Shown: in pieces, positions 59,091 through 64,000 of the stretch
How positions within the stretch are numbered: the stretch's first letter is position 1
Layout of the letters: each line of letters opens with the position of its first letter
Assembly (NCBI GenBank): GCA_947056845.1
Contig: CAMSCJ010000010.1
Span: 4,778 to 68,777, forward strand
DNA from: an uncultured Mycoplasmatota bacterium
GTDB taxonomy: Bacteria > Bacillota_I > Bacilli_A > RF39 > UBA660
Direction: 5' to 3'
DNA: 64,000 bases
Translations under genes and position numbers: made by a program
Notes under the pieces: generated by a model
Databases searched by the model: none
Told to the model about the DNA's origin: nothing
The model's input: only the letters and a program-made list of their open reading frames with translations

Positions 59091-60423
59091 TAGTAACTTT
59101 TTTCATAAAATTGGTTCTTTCTTAGACAGAAAGATTATTATTCCTATTACTAAACTAATTTTAAAAATAACCGAGAAATTTGACAAATCCAGTCGTAAAT
59201 TTGAAAATTGGTTATCTAAAACAAGTACTTTACTTTTTATATCATTAATTATTGCAATAATTGTATTTATTGTCGTTGATCAAAAAATGCTGCTTTTCTC
59301 AGAAAGTTCAGCCGAACTACTAAAAAGCCAACCTGTTCAGGTAATAATGAATGAGGAAGCTTATGTTGTTGAAGGTTTACCAGAAACGGTCGATATCACA
59401 TTGATAGGACGCAAAGCCGATTTATATTTTGCCAAACAATCTCCGTCTCATGATGTTGTAGTTGATCTAACTGGGTTAAAACCAGGCACACACAGGGTAA
59501 ATATAAAATATAATCAGGCGCTTGCTTCAATTGATTATAACGTCAATCCTTCGACAGCCACAGTAATTATTTATCCGAAAATTTCTGAGACAAGAACGCT
59601 TACTTATGATTTATTAAATCAGGATAGTTTAGATAGTCGACTAGTTATTGATGACGTATCTATTAGTACCGACAAAGTTGTTATTAAAGGTGCTGAGTAT
59701 CAACTTAAAAAAGTGGCTACAGTTAAAGCATTAATTGATATTAATAATTTAGTTAAAAAAGAGGTTGGTGTAATTACTATTAATGATATACCACTAAAGG
59801 CATATGATGAAAATGGTAATGTTGTTGATGTTGAAATTGTACCAGAAAAAATTAATGCTGATATTACAATCACATCACCAAGCAAAGAATTGCCTATTAA
59901 AGTTATACCAGTTGGAACTGTATCGTTTGGAAAAGCAATTAGTTCAATTGATACTAGTGAAACTAACGTAACAGTTTATGGTGATGAAGAAACATTGAAT
60001 TCATTAACTTATATACCAGTAGAAATTGATGTTAATGATTTAAAGGGAAACAAACAATATAAATTAGAACTTGAGAAACCAGTTGGCATTAGACATATGA
60101 ATGTTAATAATATTACTGTTAATGTTGGATTAGATAATTCTACTTCGAAAGAATTAACTGGCGTTGATATTAAGTACCGAAATTTGGCTGATGGTTATAC
60201 TGTACAGGGAATTAGTGCTAATGATACGACTGTATCAGTCACATTAAAAGGTGTTGAGTCTGTTATTAAAAATATTAATAATGATGATGTCACTGCTTAT
60301 TTAGATTTATCTGGTTATGGTGAAGGAGTTCATGAAGTAGAGGTTTTAGTTACAGGTGATGATGTTAAAGTTGAATATGTTGCTAAGACAATGAAGGTTA
60401 ACATCAGAATAACAAAAAAATAA
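59074..60423 (+). CDS. cdaR: CdaA regulator CdaR (YbbR-domain repeats)
   Basis: Overlaps the cdaA 3' end. ATG 59074 follows GAGGAGGA. N-terminal TM helix followed by repeated YbbR-like beta modules. Confidence 0.8.
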   Translation: MKKTTNSNFFHKIGSFLDRKIIIPITKLILKITEKFDKSSRKFENWLSKTSTLLFISLIIAIIVFIVVDQKMLLFSESSAELLKSQPVQVIMNEEAYVVEGLPETVDITLIGRKADLYFAKQSPSHDVVVDLTGLKPGTHRVNIKYNQALASIDYNVNPSTATVIIYPKISETRTLTYDLLNQDSLDSRLVIDDVSISTDKVVIKGAEYQLKKVATVKALIDINNLVKKEVGVITINDIPLKAYDENGNVVDVEIVPEKINADITITSPSKELPIKVIPVGTVSFGKAISSIDTSETNVTVYGDEETLNSLTYIPVEIDVNDLKGNKQYKLELEKPVGIRHMNVNNITVNVGLDNSTSKELTGVDIKYRNLADGYTVQGISANDTTVSVTLKGVESVIKNINNDDVTAYLDLSGYGEGVHEVEVLVTGDDVKVEYVAKTMKVNIRITKK

Positions 60424-60445
60424 AAAAGCTTAGGCTTTTTTATTT
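60422..60445. terminator. bidirectional terminator between cdaR and the DUF378 gene
   Basis: aaaaagc-ttag-gcttttt flanked by A and T runs. Confidence 0.55.
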
Positions 60446-60640
60446 TGATTCTATATGACTAAATAAAGTATATATATTAATAATACCAGCAATACCTACA
60501 ATCATATAGATTACGCGTGTTAGCATACTGGTATCTCCGAAGAGATTAGCCACCAAGTTGAAATCAAAAAAACCGATTAATCCCCAATTGATTGCCCCAA
60601 TAATAGTAAATATAAGAGCAATTTTCTGTAATGTTTCCAT
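60440..60640 (-). CDS. DUF378 small membrane protein
   Basis: IGAINWGLIGFF motif, two TM helices. Confidence 0.7.
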   Translation of the reverse strand: METLQKIALIFTIIGAINWGLIGFFDFNLVANLFGDTSMLTRVIYMIVGIAGIINIYTLFSHIESK

Positions 60641-60754
60641 AAAATCTCCTTTCTATAAACTACTAATATAATTTACCAAAAAAAGAAATTTATTCATTCA
60701 TAATTCAAATATTTATTCCATATAATTAAATGAAATTAATTATGAGGTGAAAAA

Positions 60755-61759
60755 ATGAAAAAAATGTTTTTAGTAGGACTGTGTATATTTAGTATTTTCT
60801 TATTTTGTGGATGTGGCAAAAAAACGGAAAAAGATATTTTAAAAGATTTAACGAAAAAAATAGAAAATAGTAAAGGATATCATATAGTTGGTGAATTAGA
60901 AATTATTAATTCAGAGTATGTATATGATTATGATGTTGATGTTGCATATAAAGATGGTGATTTTTTTAGAGTCAGTTTAAAAAATAAGACAAATAACCAT
61001 GAACAAATAATTTTAAAAAATAAAGAAGGTGTTTATGTCTTAACGCCATCCTTAAATAAGAGTTTCAAATTCCAAAGCGACTGGCCTTACAATAATTCAC
61101 AAAGTTATTTGTTTCAAACTCTATTAAAGGATATCAAAAATGATGAAGAAAAATTATTTGAATCAAATGATAGTGAATATATTTATACAACGAATGTTAA
61201 TTATTCCAATAACAAAGATTTAAAAAAACAAAAAATATATATAGATAAGGATATTAATATAACTAGGGTTGAAGTTTTAACTGAATCTGATGAAGTGAAA
61301 ATGAAAATGAATTTCAATAATGTTGATATGGATGCTAAATTTGATGATGAATATTTTGAATTAAAACAAAATATGACTGTATCAACAGCGCAAATTGATG
61401 ATACAAAAACAACAAGTAAAATACAAGATATTATTTATCCTATGTATATACCAGCAAATACTTATTTAACTGGTCAAAATATTGTGAATAAAGATGATGG
61501 AGAACGTGTTATTTTAACCTTTTCGGGTGAAAAACCATTTATCTTTGTTCAGGAAACGATTAGTTATGAAAACGAAATGAACACTATACCAGTTTATGGC
61601 GAACCGCTCATATTAACAGATACAATTGGTGCATTATCTGATAATTCTGCTAGTTGGGTTAGCAATAATGTTGAGTATTATATTGTCTCTGATTCTTTAT
61701 CACAGGAGGAATTAGTTAGTGTAGTTCAATCAGTTAGTGTAATGCCAGTTTCAAAATAG
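60755..61759 (+). CDS. lipoprotein (LolA-like/DUF4367-like, tentative)
   Basis: Lipobox LFCGCG, otherwise a beta-rich sequence. Confidence 0.5.
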   Translation: MKKMFLVGLCIFSIFLFCGCGKKTEKDILKDLTKKIENSKGYHIVGELEIINSEYVYDYDVDVAYKDGDFFRVSLKNKTNNHEQIILKNKEGVYVLTPSLNKSFKFQSDWPYNNSQSYLFQTLLKDIKNDEEKLFESNDSEYIYTTNVNYSNNKDLKKQKIYIDKDINITRVEVLTESDEVKMKMNFNNVDMDAKFDDEYFELKQNMTVSTAQIDDTKTTSKIQDIIYPMYIPANTYLTGQNIVNKDDGERVILTFSGEKPFIFVQETISYENEMNTIPVYGEPLILTDTIGALSDNSASWVSNNVEYYIVSDSLSQEELVSVVQSVSVMPVSK

Positions 61760-61891
61760 AATATATAGGTCATATATTAGTATGACTTATTTTTTTTTTA
61801 ATATTTCTTAGAATTACTAATTTTTTATTAATACTATATTGTAATTGATTTTAAAAATAAAAACAGTTATAATGATATTTAGGTGATATAA

Positions 61892-62386
61892 ATGAAAAAA
61901 AATAATAAAAACAACAATTCGGGAATGGAAATGGGTAATCTATTTAAAATAGTTTTAGTAATCTTAATAGTTTTTGGTGCATTTTATATTTTTACATATT
62001 ATCTACAAAAAAATAAACAAATGACAAGTACTGAAAATAAACCTAATACAATTACAACTATCCAATATGATGAAATCCTAATAGGTAATCTTTTAAATCA
62101 AAAAGAAGGTGACTACTATGTATTGATAGTTAATAAATCCGATTATAGTGCTAGATATAAAAATTATCTAACCAAATTTAGTGGCAAAAATAAATTTTAT
62201 TATTCACTAATTGATAATGGTTTAAATAAAAAGTATATAACAGATAGTAGTAACTTAAAAGTAGATAATATTGAAGATTTAAAAATCAGCCAAACTTCAT
62301 TACTAAAAATAAATAATGGTAAAATCGTTGAGACTTATGATGGTAATGCATCCGTTATGGAAGCACTTATAAATATAGCTAAATAA
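61892..62386 (+). CDS. membrane-anchored hypothetical protein (thioredoxin-fold-like layout, no CxxC)
   Basis: N-terminal TM helix. RBS AGGTGA. Confidence 0.4.
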   Translation: MKKNNKNNNSGMEMGNLFKIVLVILIVFGAFYIFTYYLQKNKQMTSTENKPNTITTIQYDEILIGNLLNQKEGDYYVLIVNKSDYSARYKNYLTKFSGKNKFYYSLIDNGLNKKYITDSSNLKVDNIEDLKISQTSLLKINNGKIVETYDGNASVMEALINIAK

Positions 62387-62403
62387 TATTGAAAGGAAAA
62401 ATT

Positions 62404-63633
62404 ATGCAGAAGGATAAAGATATAAAAAAGACAAAAGTAGAGAATGAACTATCTGATAAATCAAAAGGCACGATTTTTGGTTTTAAGGAAGTAATAGGCA
62501 TAATTATAATTACAGCGATAGTTAGTTTTATAATGGGTTTTTCTGTCAAACAAAATAATGGGATAAAATCTTTAAGTCGATATGAAGAAGAATTAATTTC
62601 TAATTATGAATACATTTTAGAAAATTATTATAAGAATGTTGATGCTAGAGATTTAGTTGGTGTTGCCATAAAAGGTATGATAGACTATTTAGATGATCCT
62701 TATGCTGATTATATAAATACCGATGTCGTTGACAATTTTAATATTATAATTAAAGGTGAATACGAAGGAATAGGCATCCAAATAGGATATAATGATAATG
62801 ATGAACCAACTATAACTTATGTTTTCCCCAACTCATCAGCTGATATTAATGGTCTTAAAATAGGGGACGTATTAATAAAGGTTGACAAAATAGATGTTGT
62901 AAATAAAACCCTAGATGAAATAAAAGAATTAGTTGCTACGTTCGGTGATAATGAATTTGAAATAGTTTATAAAAGAATGAATGATGAACATAACGCTAAA
63001 TTAAAACGCGGGAAAATAACTATTGAAAGTGTAGAGAAACATATTTATAATAGAGAAAATAAAAAAATAGGATATCTAAAATTAAGTAACTTTGCTACTA
63101 ATTCTTATGAACAATTCAATGAAAAATTGCAAGAATTAGAAGATGAGAATATTTCATCATTAATTATAGATTTAAGAGATAATACAGGTGGAGAATTAGA
63201 AAGCGTAGATAGAATTGTGTCATTATTTATACCAAAAGGGGAAGTTATTTATCAAATGAAAGAAAAAGATAAAGTAACTAAATATTATTCTCAAAATAAC
63301 ACGACTAGAAATTACAAAATTGTTGTTTTAGTTAATAAAAATAGTGCATCGGCCTCCGAACTAATGACAGGCGCCTTAAAAGAGGTTTATGGGGCAACAG
63401 TTATAGGAGTAAATACATTTGGAAAGGGAACTGCACAACAAGTTATTACATTAAATAATGGAGAAAGATATAAATTTACCACTAGGGAATGGCTTACTGC
63501 CAAAGGAAATTCAATCGAAGGTATTGGGATTGAGCCAACAATTAGAGTTGAACAATCGGAAGAATATTACAATAATCCGATTTTAGAAAATGATAAACAA
63601 CTAACAGAAGCTTTAGATCATTTATGCCAATAA
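62404..63633 (+). CDS. S41 C-terminal processing peptidase with PDZ domain (CtpA/CtpB-like)
   Basis: PDZ segment (GIGIQIG...GDVLIKVD), DLRDNTGG, catalytic NKNSASASE (Ser) and GKGTAQ (Lys). ATG 62404 preferred over TTG 62389. Confidence 0.85.
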   Translation: MQKDKDIKKTKVENELSDKSKGTIFGFKEVIGIIIITAIVSFIMGFSVKQNNGIKSLSRYEEELISNYEYILENYYKNVDARDLVGVAIKGMIDYLDDPYADYINTDVVDNFNIIIKGEYEGIGIQIGYNDNDEPTITYVFPNSSADINGLKIGDVLIKVDKIDVVNKTLDEIKELVATFGDNEFEIVYKRMNDEHNAKLKRGKITIESVEKHIYNRENKKIGYLKLSNFATNSYEQFNEKLQELEDENISSLIIDLRDNTGGELESVDRIVSLFIPKGEVIYQMKEKDKVTKYYSQNNTTRNYKIVVLVNKNSASASELMTGALKEVYGATVIGVNTFGKGTAQQVITLNNGERYKFTTREWLTAKGNSIEGIGIEPTIRVEQSEEYYNNPILENDKQLTEALDHLCQ

Positions 63634-63705
63634 AGAGAATTATTTAAATTAATTCTCTTTATTTATTTTTAAAAACAGGATATAATTTTACTAGAGGTGA
63701 TGTAA

Positions 63706-64000
63706 ATGCATAAAATGTATATAGGAGATAAATTACAAATTCAATGCTATAAACATAATGGTAAAATTCACCGCTCTTGGGATGAGGCCGTATTATTAGA
63801 TATAAAAAAAGACTATTTAGTATTTGGTAACATGAAGACCTTAGTTACTGAGGCGGAAGGAAATACTTGGAGAACAAAGGAACCTGCTATAATGTATTTT
63901 TTTAAAGAAAAATGGTTCAACATAATATGCCAATTAAAAAAAGATGGTATATATTATTATTGCAACATTGCGACACCATTTATTATTGAAGAAAATACTA
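63706..64000 (+). CDS. DUF402-family nucleoside tri/diphosphatase (YgaC/Ntdp-like), 3' end outside the window
   Basis: MHKMYIGDKLQIQCYKHNGKIHRSWDEAVLL... resembles the UPF0374/DUF402 N-terminus. RBS AGAGGTGA. Confidence 0.55.
   Translation, partial: MHKMYIGDKLQIQCYKHNGKIHRSWDEAVLLDIKKDYLVFGNMKTLVTEAEGNTWRTKEPAIMYFFKEKWFNIICQLKKDGIYYYCNIATPFIIEENT

Overview
This is a very AT-rich window (roughly 25-30 % GC by eye) from a low-GC, apparently spore-forming Bacillota genome. It uses the standard code: TGA acts as a stop and Trp is encoded by TGG. Most genes lie on the + strand.

Housekeeping content:
- csp-hpf-secA
- a P-type Ca2+-ATPase
- nfu
- two tRNA arrays (5 + 8 genes, all with encoded CCA) flanking a DD-carboxypeptidase gene
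- addB-addA
- trmL
- cdaA-cdaR
- an S41 C-terminal processing peptidase
- spore-coat-type genes (a CotY/CotZ-like Cys-rich protein and a LysM protein)

Accessory content:
1. An agr-type quorum-sensing locus with agrA-agrC convergent on agrB-agrD. It includes a 39-aa AgrD precursor that the ORF track missed.
2. A ~6.7 kb integrase-linked island directly after secA. It encodes a 509-aa SigE/SigK-like sigma factor with a long C-terminal extension and two translationally coupled TPR proteins, one carrying wHTH and R3H-like segments. A 13-mer and an 11-mer are shared between the two intergenic regions of the island.
3. A secreted small protein followed by three polytopic membrane proteins and an ABC ATPase, preceded by 10-bp-phased pentamer repeats.
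4. A three-gene cassette of a TerB-like membrane protein, a DUF2791/BrxD-like ATPase and an Lhr-like DExH helicase. This matches the Shango-type defence architecture.
5. An IspH-polyprenyl synthase fusion gene.
6. An ORF interrupted by a single in-frame TAG.

I saw no rRNA, CRISPR array or intact IS transposase. All functional calls rest on motif recognition by eye. No database or HMM search was possible, so family names are hypotheses to verify.
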